64,000 nt of DNA from a virus (taxonomy: Duplodnaviria > Caudoviricetes), in the IMG/VR virus record IMGVR_UViG_3300020048_000105, positions 9,031-73,030 of that record. One strand, written 5' to 3'. Positions 44,844-54,591 of this stretch are shown here, in pieces. Positions within the stretch are counted from its first letter, which is position 1; each line of letters opens with the position of its first letter. The translations under genes and the position numbers were made by a program. Below the pieces are notes generated by a model that saw only the letters and a program-made list of their open reading frames with translations, was not told where the DNA came from and did not search any database.

Positions 44844-46953
44844 CTAGATTCGGTAGATGGGAGATGAGCTGCCTTTGTCAGGCTGCAGTGCGGCATATGA
44901 GTTGCCCTCAATATCAGAGCGAATAGAAGTAATAGGTTTAAGTGTAATAACCATATCAAGTTTTTTATTTAAAATAACTCCAGAAGATTGATATGTTTCA
45001 TAACCAGTTTTTGATATCGCTAAGTCTAACAATTGTGTGACATTTTCTCCTATAAACATATCACCAACATTGCTTTTTGTTGGGTCTATATGCCACTCTC
45101 TATCTGTTACTAATTGTTGTGTGATAGTTCCATTTACAGCAGTTGTTGTAGTAAAAACATCTGCTCCCCCAGTATATTTGGCATAAACAGTTGCTCCTGA
45201 GATTGCAGTACCTGTTGGGTCCACAACTTTTATATCAGTAGAATATTGTTCTTTTAAAGACCAACCTCCTACTCCATTTAACAAATAAGATTGAATTTGT
45301 GTAGCAGTTGGAGATATTGTTCCAACTCCAGTAATTCTCGCTCTTAACCATATTTTTGTTATTCCATTAACTGCCGATGGAACAACTGCACCCGGTACTG
45401 CTACTAAAACATATCCTGATTTACTAAGATTTTCTGTTCCATCAAAAAGATAAGTTGTTATTGGAAACCAATTTGCCCCAATATTATATTCCCAAACATA
45501 AGTATAATCATTTACTTCTGTTGTTTTGGTAACTTTTAGGTGCATATAACTTCTGGCATTACTATTCCCAAAATAATAACAATCTCCAATTGCTCCTCCT
45601 AATGGCACATCATTAACTGTTGTACTAATAGACTGCGCAGTATAATCAGTATAAGTTCCTGCTATTGCATTATAATAGAATAAATTTGATAAACTATATG
45701 GTCCTCCATTACCTTGATAGCAAGGTTTCTGACTATCGGCCATTGATGTTAATGGACTTGCAGGATTTACTAAATAATATTTAGGAGAAAAAGGTTCACT
45801 TTGAGAATAGAAATATAAAAATATTCCAGAAGCAGCATTCAGGAATTTATAAGCAAAATCACTTAAAGTCCAACCAGTATTTGTTATATAATGAAATAAA
45901 ATGTAAGGTTGTGTTGAAATATATGTAAGCCCTTTAATTATTTGTGAAAATCCACCAGTTAATACGAATGGCCCAAATATTCTTGAATTTGTTATTGTAT
46001 TTGCTGATGTTCCACCAAAAGCTGGTGAAATTTCAAAATTACTATCAACTACTTCTCCTGCCATTTCAAAATAACCGGGATAACCTAAAATTGATGATTG
46101 TATTTTACCAACCCTAAATGTAGTTCCATATATTTTTGCATTTCCCTGTAATAAGCAAACACCGCTATTTCCAACACCATAAATAATAAATGTAGAGCCA
46201 CGATAACCTCTATCGGTTCCTATTTTTATTCCACTTGTTAAAACATCAAAAGTACTGGGAGTAACAGATAAGTTATCAGTAGCATTTTGTCCTATTGAAA
46301 TAACTTCATCATAAGTAACTAATCTTGACTTTATGTTTAATCCTACTTTTGTAAAATCATAAGCATTAGTATTAGTAAATGTAACACCAATATAAGACTT
46401 ATTTGTTCTTAGCCAATTATATACATCTGTAAATGTTGCAGGAACAGCATCAGTAGTTCCAGTAATTGTTATTACACTATTACTTGATTTAATTGCAGTT
46501 GTTTGATTTGCCCCGCCCTCTGTTATTGTTGTTATTGCAGAAATTCTACATCTAATCCACATTCTATTACCAAGAGCATTTTATAGTAATCATTTTGGGC
46601 CACCATTGAGCAGGGAATCTAACTGTATTAGCTCCTGTTATCGTAAATCCGACTGTATCATCTTGTAGGTCTACGATAGGTGTCCAAATGCTATCCCCTC
46701 TGTAATATTCCCAAGCTAAAACTATTCCAGTTCCAGCCATAGCAGTTCCAACATTAACATCAAAATCCGACATTATAGCGGAGTTTGCCGCCATAGAAAA
46801 ATATAAAGCATCATTTAAAACCGCAGTATCTTCAAAATAATCAAAAGCTGCAGTAGTCGCATAATTAACAGAAAATAATGTTCCACCAGAAGTTGCGCTA
46901 AAGATATTAGTTAAGGCATATTTAGTATTGTTATATGTTGCAGTAAAAGCCAT
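44844..46953 (-). pseudogene. Fibre-like gene split into two ORFs (46567-46953 and 44844-46562) by one extra A
   Basis: Removing one A from ATAAAATG (46579-46582) fuses the frames: ...MITI-NALGNR-MWIRCRIS, matching the internal repeat ...VNGITKIWLRARIT. Confidence 0.7.
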
Positions 46954-46955
46954 AT

Positions 46956-47231
46956 TTATATTTCTTTAAGTATAAGATTAATTAAAGCAATTCCAGCATA
47001 AGCTTCGTTTATTTTTATTTCCAACTTACTTATTTCTTCGTCTATTAAGTATTGAAATTCAGAAGATATTATTGTCTGGTTTAATTGCATAATTCTATTT
47101 CGCACATTATCTATTAAATTCTCAATAGATTCTTTTTCTATATTAAGTTCTGCAATGTTTATTTCGACATCACTTGTAGTCCTTTCGATCACTATATTTG
47201 GATCGCCGGTTTGAATTATTTCTGTTGCCAT
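46956..47231 (-). CDS. Small coiled-coil protein
   Basis: 91 aa, I/E/N heptad pattern. Confidence 0.7.
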   Translation of the reverse strand: MATEIIQTGDPNIVIERTTSDVEINIAELNIEKESIENLIDNVRNRIMQLNQTIISSEFQYLIDEEISKLEIKINEAYAGIALINLILKEI

Positions 47232-47235
47232 AGTT

Positions 47236-48342
47236 TTATGTTCTGTGAATTGCTGTTATGTAGTTGCTTGCATCTCTTGTAAATGTGACAGTACGTAAAA
47301 CTATCCCGTAGTTGTTTATTGATATCGTCGATACATCTCCAGATGCAGTGTAAATGAAATTCGATGTTTTAGTGCCTATTGTGGAGGTTGTAATAATTTG
47401 AGAAACTCTCAGGTTTGAATCATAATAAATCGATGTATCAGACACCCTGGGTGAATATGTCTCATAATCTAACGAAGGGTCTACTATGCCTTTTAACGCG
47501 TAATCATTTATGTTCTTGTCAGCGTCCCAAACACTTACATCCGGATGCCATGTCAAAAACTGGCCAACAGTTGTTAACGGAGTTCCATTAACATCGCTAA
47601 GCTCACTTAGGCTACGCATAGGGCGTATAATAGGAACAGTTATGATTCCTTGGTTCTGGTGAGAGTTAGTTACAATTCCTGCTACAACTAATATGTTAGG
47701 CGCTGTAGGCTTATTAATCGTTAGTTTTCCTGGGTTAGATGCATCTACATACAATGTTCTTCCTTCAGGCCAAGCTAATGTATTAAGATCACGAACCATA
47801 CCCGCCAAAGTTACTCGGACAGTGCCATTCTTTGCCACAGGTCCTGATGTTACCATTCCTATTGCAGCGTTTCCTATGAAACGATCACGGACATCTGTGA
47901 GTTGAACTCCCGGCCTATTTCCGGGTGTAGCGACTACACTTACAATGTCACCATCTACTAAAGTGGCATTATCTAAATTCACATAGTATTCAAAAAGTTC
48001 CTTTCCTACTTGGGCAGAGCCTCCATCAGGAAGCCCAATGGAGACTGTGTTCTCGGCAGTGTCCCATCCCATTGCATATGGAGCATTCACGAAAGGCACA
48101 GAAGCAAAATTAATCACCTCGGACACGCTTAAGTAGCCGGCGACAGATACGTCGCCAGATATTAGTCCGCCTGTTTTATCGTACTTTTCGAAAAGTGAAG
48201 CATTAGTTGCGTAGTTAGATAGCACCAACGAAGAGTCAACGATCACAGGGTTTCCTAAGCCATCATAGAAGCTTCCATCTACATATTGTACAAGATTTTG
48301 ATATGTAAACGATACTTTTTTGCCTGTTAATTCGTTGCCCAT
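47236..48342 (-). CDS. Putative virion structural/fibre protein
   Basis: YDKTGG.ISG.., G.VRVTLAGMVRDLNT..W.EG..LY..S.PG.LT..KP motif typical of fibre modules. Confidence 0.65.
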   Translation of the reverse strand: MGNELTGKKVSFTYQNLVQYVDGSFYDGLGNPVIVDSSLVLSNYATNASLFEKYDKTGGLISGDVSVAGYLSVSEVINFASVPFVNAPYAMGWDTAENTVSIGLPDGGSAQVGKELFEYYVNLDNATLVDGDIVSVVATPGNRPGVQLTDVRDRFIGNAAIGMVTSGPVAKNGTVRVTLAGMVRDLNTLAWPEGRTLYVDASNPGKLTINKPTAPNILVVAGIVTNSHQNQGIITVPIIRPMRSLSELSDVNGTPLTTVGQFLTWHPDVSVWDADKNINDYALKGIVDPSLDYETYSPRVSDTSIYYDSNLRVSQIITTSTIGTKTSNFIYTASGDVSTISINNYGIVLRTVTFTRDASNYITAIHRT

Positions 48343-48405
48343 TTTTACAAATTTTGTTACCTTTGTATATATATTATAGGTAGAAGTTCAACATAAGTTT
48401 TTAAC

Positions 48406-48735
48406 ATGGCATTTCAGTACTACAATTGGGAAGAGGTAAACATCAACTGGGAAGCCCTCGACATGAACTGGGAAGAAGTTGGGATTCTCATCAACGACTT
48501 CCTCCCCCGGGTGTCTGCACCCATAGGCGGCGGAAAGAAGATATGGGAAGACGTCAACAAGCTCCCACCGGAAAAGAAGCGTATTATTATTAGAATGGCA
48601 TGTGATATCGGAGGACAGGAATATATATCTTACAAATACAAAAATGAGGATGTCGTCATCACCGTTGAGCACGTCGACATCATTGTCGATAAAATCTTAA
48701 ATAACATAAAAGTTCATGTACAAAATATTTCTTGA
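48406..48735 (+). CDS. Hypothetical protein with NWE repeats
   Basis: YYNWEEVNINWEALDMNWEEV; first gene of a 3-gene + strand island. Confidence 0.75.
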   Translation: MAFQYYNWEEVNINWEALDMNWEEVGILINDFLPRVSAPIGGGKKIWEDVNKLPPEKKRIIIRMACDIGGQEYISYKYKNEDVVITVEHVDIIVDKILNNIKVHVQNIS

Positions 48736-49282
48736 CCAAAATAAATTCTTCCAGTGCAATGTCGCAATCGAAGGCGCGTCTCTAAAAGAGAGTGAAGCTC
48801 GTTTATTTGTTGAAGCCGAAAACTTCACTCTAACCTTCAAGGGGAACATAAATGCGGACGGCACTGTAAAAATCCCGATCGGCAAGTTAAAGGGCATTCT
48901 GTCGGAAAACTACACTGGCAAGATATCTCTTGAGATTGTGGCCGACGACACCGTGTTTCACCCATGGGAATCGAGCTACACCACCGACATGTCGAAGAAA
49001 GTGCAAGTAGAGGTCCAGAGCGACAAACTGTCTGAGTCTTTCAACGACTCAAAGCCAAAAATATCATTTACATTAAAACCTGATGCATTCGACACTCAGA
49101 TGCACATCGACGAGATAAATGGTATACTCAGGAAGAACAACGTGAGCAAACGTGCACTGATGGAAAAGAAAAATGAGATCACATTCAACAAGCTCATAGA
49201 GAGGTACTGTTCGGAAAATTCCATAAATGACCTGAATGACATACGCACCATCAAAAAGAGCCTGCTCAATAACTTAAGATAA
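48716..49282 (+). CDS. Hypothetical protein (Ig-like N-terminus)
   Basis: Beta-strand pattern F.CNV.IEG...ARL..E...FKG.I..DG.VKIPI; overlaps the previous gene. Confidence 0.75.
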   Translation: MYKIFLDQNKFFQCNVAIEGASLKESEARLFVEAENFTLTFKGNINADGTVKIPIGKLKGILSENYTGKISLEIVADDTVFHPWESSYTTDMSKKVQVEVQSDKLSESFNDSKPKISFTLKPDAFDTQMHIDEINGILRKNNVSKRALMEKKNEITFNKLIERYCSENSINDLNDIRTIKKSLLNNLR

Positions 49283-49285
49283 GAT

Positions 49286-49507
49286 ATGAACAAAAACCCT
49301 GCAAGCCCAGATAACTTCTATGATGACGAAGTGTTCGAATCATTTTTGAAAGATGATGAGGAAGTTAGCGAAGAAAAGCGTGAAGAAAAGCGTGAAGAAA
49401 AGCGTGAAGAAATAGATGAAGCAGTGATCGCTGCTATCATAGAAGAGAGTAAACGCACGAGCACAGAGAACGATCCTTACTCAAGTATTCTCAAAGACAT
49501 TGTCTAA
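49286..49507 (+). CDS. Small acidic protein with EEKR repeats
   Basis: 73 aa; converges on 49504-52179. Confidence 0.65.
   Translation: MNKNPASPDNFYDDEVFESFLKDDEEVSEEKREEKREEKREEIDEAVIAAIIEESKRTSTENDPYSSILKDIV
49370..49412. repeat. 12-bp tandem repeat GAAGAAAAGCGT x3.5
   Basis: Three exact copies plus a partial, in frame (EEKR). Confidence 0.9.
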
Positions 49508-52179
49508 ATTTCAATGCCGGGTGTCATCACTAAATTAGTAAATCTGTCACCAGCATCAAGGTCTATAACAAAAAAGTTTGATGTTGTGTAAGTATTGTCA
49601 GTTAGTACACCTGCAAGTGATGTAGCAGTCCAATTGTTACCAAATGCACCTCCCTTAATATACATATTAAATAAACCTACTTGTGTGCGAGTTATTTTAA
49701 CTCTATACCACGTAAAATTTTGAATGTAAGAAAGTATGGTATTATTTAAAATCCCTCCGATTTTTAACATTTGAACAGATGAATTATTTCTTACAATAAA
49801 TCCATAATAAGCATTCCATACATATGAAGTATTGTAGTGTAATATTGAAACTCCAAGTTCATTTCCCGCAGTGCCTTTATACCAATCAAACTCCCAAGTA
49901 CCATAAGCTTGATTACTAGGTAATGCAAGTGTACCTGCTACTGTATTTTCAAGATATTTAGTTCTATTCTTGAAGGTTGGGAGAGGGTCGATTTCAACTA
50001 AACTCATATTACTAATTACACCTGAATTTGTTGAAGTGACTCCATTAAAACCTAAAAATATTTCATCTCCCGCTCCTTTTTGGGTAAATTCAATTGATAC
50101 TCTTCCAGTTCCACTGAAACTTATAATGTTTCCTGGAAGTATATAGTCTACAAATGCCCCCGCATTTCTGATTTGTACATAGTAACTAAGACTTATTACA
50201 TTTGTATACTCAAAACTATATCTTAATCTTTTTCCTTGAGTATATTGATGTTTAGTTCCAAGTGTAGAATTATAACATCCAAATAATGGAACTGCTACAT
50301 TAGTAATAGTCAATACATTATTAACAAAGGAACTGCCAGCACCAGACCAAGTATCAGTTGATAATAGTTGATTTCCCATTACCTTAGTAAATTCCCCAAC
50401 CTTATAACTTCCACTTCCCTTCACGAATCCATTAGGAACTACAGTAGTTCCATCAGCACTGGCATCTGAGAAGTCTTCAACAATGTATGGTTGCTTTACA
50501 AATGAATTATGCCAATTTTTTATTTCTTTGAGGGATAACGCACGATTATAGATTCTAGCATCTGATATTTCTCCATTAAATGTAAAACCATTTTGACCTG
50601 AAGTATAATCAATTGATCCAATTAATAGTCGTTGTGGAATATTATTTATTGCTCCTGTTAGAGGTGAAGTTCCTTGTGATATTCCATTTAAAAATAATTC
50701 AATATATGAATTGTTATACGTGGCAACTAATGTATTCCATATACCAGATTGTGGAGTACCATTTCCAATTAAATTTAAAAAAGCAAAATTACTACCTGCA
50801 TAAAATGAAACAAATGCATTTATATCTTTTCCTAATTCAAATGCATTTGCAACAGCTCCGCTTAAGGCAGTTTTAGTTATTAATCCTTCTCTTGCTCCCC
50901 ATGTGCCAATATGTTTAAATCTACACATAAGAGTAAGTGCATATACACCTTCTACAGATGTCATATCACCTAAGTTTACATAGGAATCTCTGCCATTAAA
51001 TAATAATCCATTAGATGTTGATGTAACCGAATTCAGTAATGTTCCATTCTTCCCATTCCCACTAATATCCACTAATGTATTCCCAACAGGTTTCATGTTG
51101 TAAGCAGCAACTAATCCAGTAATTTTCTGCACACTAACTGTATCACATTTAAGAGTAGTTGTACCTTGTGCTCTTAATATTAAGTTCGGATTTCCTGTAC
51201 AAGTTAAAATTTCCGAGTATGTTCCATTTGCTAATCTAGTAGTACCTATACTAGAACCACATTCTACTCTTACCCCCCCGTTTACATAATCACTGACTGT
51301 ATAAGTAATCCGATATTTAACTCCTACTGTTATTACAGTTAATGTGGATTTGTTAGCTGTTAGTGCAGAAGTAAGCACTAATTTGCCATCTGTTATGGAA
51401 AATCCATCTTCATTTGACCAAATATTACCTGTATTAAACTCTGAATTAGCTGCTGATAATTCATTAGTATTTATAAAACTATTATTCTTATCACTCAAAT
51501 CACTTGCTTTATTTAATTGAAACTGACGTTTAGGTTCTGTTAAGGGTTTAAGATTGTTAAACATTCTTTGATAGTTCTCACGTTCTTTTGATGTGAGAAC
51601 TGTATCATGGACTGCAAGATAGGCAATATCTACATCTCCTTTATTTGTCGATTTTGATACTAAAGCATAATAAGAATTTGTTCTAGCTAAATTAATAGAA
51701 CCTGTTTGTGTAGTATATGGAGTTTTTAATACATTGTCGATATATAAAGCAGCATTATTAATATCCGCACTAGCAGACCCTGCAATACAAAATATATAAC
51801 AATGCCACGAATGGTCAAAAGTGTGTTGCCAAGTTCTATCATTAGTTGTTCCAAATCCCACACCTAATAAATTTCCACCTACCCCACCGCCACATATCAT
51901 TATGACTGGATTTTGTGGAGTTATTGCGCTATTTATTGCATAGAAAACATCTGTCGCTGAATTAAAGTTATTATTTAATTTAATCCAACATACAATAGTA
52001 CAAGCTCCACTAGGAAACATAGATGTTCCATAAGAAATATATTGTCCAACTCCAGTTCTAATTGCATTACCCTTTTCTCCAATGGTAATTTTGGGACTTC
52101 CTACAGGTGTAACACTTCTCCCACCAATATTATCGTTAAGTGTTCCCTGATAATATTTTGCTTCAAATACTTTAGACAT
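49504..52179 (-). CDS. Multi-LamG adhesin with inserted beta-sandwich modules
   Basis: LVAAYNM....LVDISGNGKNGTL, FNG.I..ARIYNRALS..EI, two SxDNVS-type modules. Confidence 0.8.
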   Translation of the reverse strand: MSKVFEAKYYQGTLNDNIGGRSVTPVGSPKITIGEKGNAIRTGVGQYISYGTSMFPSGACTIVCWIKLNNNFNSATDVFYAINSAITPQNPVIMICGGGVGGNLLGVGFGTTNDRTWQHTFDHSWHCYIFCIAGSASADINNAALYIDNVLKTPYTTQTGSINLARTNSYYALVSKSTNKGDVDIAYLAVHDTVLTSKERENYQRMFNNLKPLTEPKRQFQLNKASDLSDKNNSFINTNELSAANSEFNTGNIWSNEDGFSITDGKLVLTSALTANKSTLTVITVGVKYRITYTVSDYVNGGVRVECGSSIGTTRLANGTYSEILTCTGNPNLILRAQGTTTLKCDTVSVQKITGLVAAYNMKPVGNTLVDISGNGKNGTLLNSVTSTSNGLLFNGRDSYVNLGDMTSVEGVYALTLMCRFKHIGTWGAREGLITKTALSGAVANAFELGKDINAFVSFYAGSNFAFLNLIGNGTPQSGIWNTLVATYNNSYIELFLNGISQGTSPLTGAINNIPQRLLIGSIDYTSGQNGFTFNGEISDARIYNRALSLKEIKNWHNSFVKQPYIVEDFSDASADGTTVVPNGFVKGSGSYKVGEFTKVMGNQLLSTDTWSGAGSSFVNNVLTITNVAVPLFGCYNSTLGTKHQYTQGKRLRYSFEYTNVISLSYYVQIRNAGAFVDYILPGNIISFSGTGRVSIEFTQKGAGDEIFLGFNGVTSTNSGVISNMSLVEIDPLPTFKNRTKYLENTVAGTLALPSNQAYGTWEFDWYKGTAGNELGVSILHYNTSYVWNAYYGFIVRNNSSVQMLKIGGILNNTILSYIQNFTWYRVKITRTQVGLFNMYIKGGAFGNNWTATSLAGVLTDNTYTTSNFFVIDLDAGDRFTNLVMTPGIEI

Positions 52180-54163
52180 TATATTTACTCCTTTCTGATG
52201 TGAACTTTTGTGAGATTTCTTCTTGACTTAAAATGCCATTGTAGATTTGGACTTGAGCTATGTTGCCATCATGAGTTTGAGTTCCTACATTATTATTTCC
52301 TATAGTAATATTTGTAGTTGCAGCAACAGGAGTTCCACTTGTTTGGTTAGCAGTAGAGCTTAAAATCGAATTAATATATATTGAGGTTTTACCATCTGAT
52401 TTTCTGGTTGCAATAATGTTAGTCCATTTATTTAAGACAATTGAATTTGTTGCACTTGCTGCACTAATACTTCCATCAGAACTGACTAATATTTTCAAAC
52501 CGCCTCCTTGTATTAACATTCTAGTCTTTGTACTGTCTATTATATTACCATAAGTACTACCTCCTAAACCATAGAATTTAACCCAAGCACACATTGTAAT
52601 ATCACCCAATAAATTATTATATAATCCACAATTCAATTTACTTGAAGTCCCATTAAATCTCATTGCTTTAACGCCACCATCATTAACTACTGTTACTGCT
52701 GTGTTTACTACTGATGGGATTACTTCCTGTAAAACAATATTATCTATGTCAATATCAGTAACTCCGTTAGTTCTAAATCTAATGCTTGAAAATGTTGCAG
52801 TAAATATATATGTGTTTGTTCCTATGGAATTACTAATTGTAAATACTGTATTACCATCAGTTAATTGAATTAATCCTTCTCCATTTCTTATAACATTATA
52901 AGTTAATCTATACTGTTTGCCAGTTGTTAATATTAGAGTTTTATATATGTATTGTTGAGAACCGTCATTTGATTTTAAATTACAAACCCCATTAGCTATT
53001 GCTATTTGAGCAGTTTTAGTCCAATATCCAGTATCTGATGTAAATGTACTATCAGCTAAATTAGATATAATATTTGGTAACAATCCACCTGACAATCTAT
53101 TTTTAATAACGCCATCGAAGGCATCAATATCCATGATGAGTTCAGCTTTTGAGACATATTCTTTAAGTGATACGTTGTCGATTGAGAAAGCAGAACCACT
53201 TGTATAACCATAAAATGATATACCAGTTCTTTCATTAGTCCCTGTTGGCGTAGTGAAAGTAATATTATATGTTCCATTATTATATTCAATTAACCAGTAA
53301 TTTTGTGCGAAATATGCATAACTTCCACTATAGTTTAATATATAAAGACGAGCAAATGAACTTGCATTACTAATTGTAAAAGATAATTTATGAATAGTAG
53401 AAGCTTTCATTACAAAATCATTCCTCCATATTTTCACTTCATTTACTGTATCTAAATAATTGGCTTTTCCACCCGAAACATCCCAGCCAGTTGGAACATT
53501 CCAACCTAAACTCGAATCAAAATTTCCATTGGTAATCAATTCAGGTCCAAGTATCTCTCCATGTGGAGCTAATTTTTTGTATCGTTTGTTTTGATAAAGA
53601 TTTAATACTTCTTGAGGTGTGAGTGTTCCTTCGTAGAACTCAAGTAATTCAACGTTTGTGTTCATATCAAATCCGGACTGCCCTGGGATGTAACTCATTT
53701 GATTAAATGTAGTTTTTCCAACAAATGCAACTCCAGTTTGGTCTAATACTCCATCAATATATATTTTTGTTGATGTCGAATTAGCTGTTATAATCACATC
53801 ATACCACTTATTTGCAGTTAAACTAGTGAGCGATGATGTAAACGCATTGGCTTTATTACTAATTGTAATTTTGTTAGAACCAGTACTACCAACACCAATC
53901 CATTCATAGTTACCAACTGTAAAAATTCCACAAAGAAATGATTGGGCTTTTACAGTTAATAACTTAAATTTAATTCTAAATGAAAATTCTGATGTTCTTA
54001 TTGAAGGAAACACTAATCGTGTAGAGGAACCCGTTAGTAACGCAATCCCTTTATTAAATATAACTCCACTTGGCACACCACCGTTCGCTCTCACTGACTG
54101 CTCATCAGTAAAAGTCTCACGAAAAATGAGCTTCCTGTCTACCTTGGCTAGAGATTCTTTCAT
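52172..54163 (-). CDS. Multi-LamG adhesin with inserted beta-sandwich modules
   Basis: WYDVIIT...YIDG, ELITNGNF...SIDNVSLKE, C-terminal LamG (QIYNGILSQEEI). Confidence 0.8.
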   Translation of the reverse strand: MKESLAKVDRKLIFRETFTDEQSVRANGGVPSGVIFNKGIALLTGSSTRLVFPSIRTSEFSFRIKFKLLTVKAQSFLCGIFTVGNYEWIGVGSTGSNKITISNKANAFTSSLTSLTANKWYDVIITANSTSTKIYIDGVLDQTGVAFVGKTTFNQMSYIPGQSGFDMNTNVELLEFYEGTLTPQEVLNLYQNKRYKKLAPHGEILGPELITNGNFDSSLGWNVPTGWDVSGGKANYLDTVNEVKIWRNDFVMKASTIHKLSFTISNASSFARLYILNYSGSYAYFAQNYWLIEYNNGTYNITFTTPTGTNERTGISFYGYTSGSAFSIDNVSLKEYVSKAELIMDIDAFDGVIKNRLSGGLLPNIISNLADSTFTSDTGYWTKTAQIAIANGVCNLKSNDGSQQYIYKTLILTTGKQYRLTYNVIRNGEGLIQLTDGNTVFTISNSIGTNTYIFTATFSSIRFRTNGVTDIDIDNIVLQEVIPSVVNTAVTVVNDGGVKAMRFNGTSSKLNCGLYNNLLGDITMCAWVKFYGLGGSTYGNIIDSTKTRMLIQGGGLKILVSSDGSISAASATNSIVLNKWTNIIATRKSDGKTSIYINSILSSTANQTSGTPVAATTNITIGNNNVGTQTHDGNIAQVQIYNGILSQEEISQKFTSERSKYNV

Positions 54164-54164
54164 C

Positions 54165-54578
54165 TTACGAGCTGTAGTTGCACTTTGAGTTTATGAGCCC
54201 GTTTGCGTCTATGTTTGCGATGCCGCCTGCAAGCATTGAATCCAAGGGAGTGTGTGCATCGTAAGCCATCATCCAGTAGTCGAACTCACCGACTGTAGGA
54301 GCGGGATATGTAATCGTTTCTATGACAGTTTCGCCAAGTTCGTTCACTGTTTCGTATGTGCTCGGATCAGGTGCAGGGCCGACTGCGATTTGCAAGTTAT
54401 TGTCTGCCGTGCTCACGATATCTTTGACAAGCTCTGGAATATGAATTCCATCTAAGAAATGATTTACTTTTAGATTAAGTACAACTGTTTTATTCACAGT
54501 ATCAACACTCATTGCTATAAGTGATACTGTACGTGTGATTCCTGTTAATGTTGGGTGATTTGAAATATTGAAGTCCAT
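54165..54578 (-). CDS. Small protein downstream of fibre B (putative chaperone)
   Basis: 137 aa; position equivalent to 36721-36966 in cassette A. Confidence 0.7.
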   Translation of the reverse strand: MDFNISNHPTLTGITRTVSLIAMSVDTVNKTVVLNLKVNHFLDGIHIPELVKDIVSTADNNLQIAVGPAPDPSTYETVNELGETVIETITYPAPTVGEFDYWMMAYDAHTPLDSMLAGGIANIDANGLINSKCNYSS

Positions 54579-54591
54579 ATTATTGTTGTTT

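Noticed and set aside
49370-49412. Tandem repeats here and at 22265-22320 as CRISPR-like arrays
   Set aside because: They are spacerless, in-frame coding repeats.
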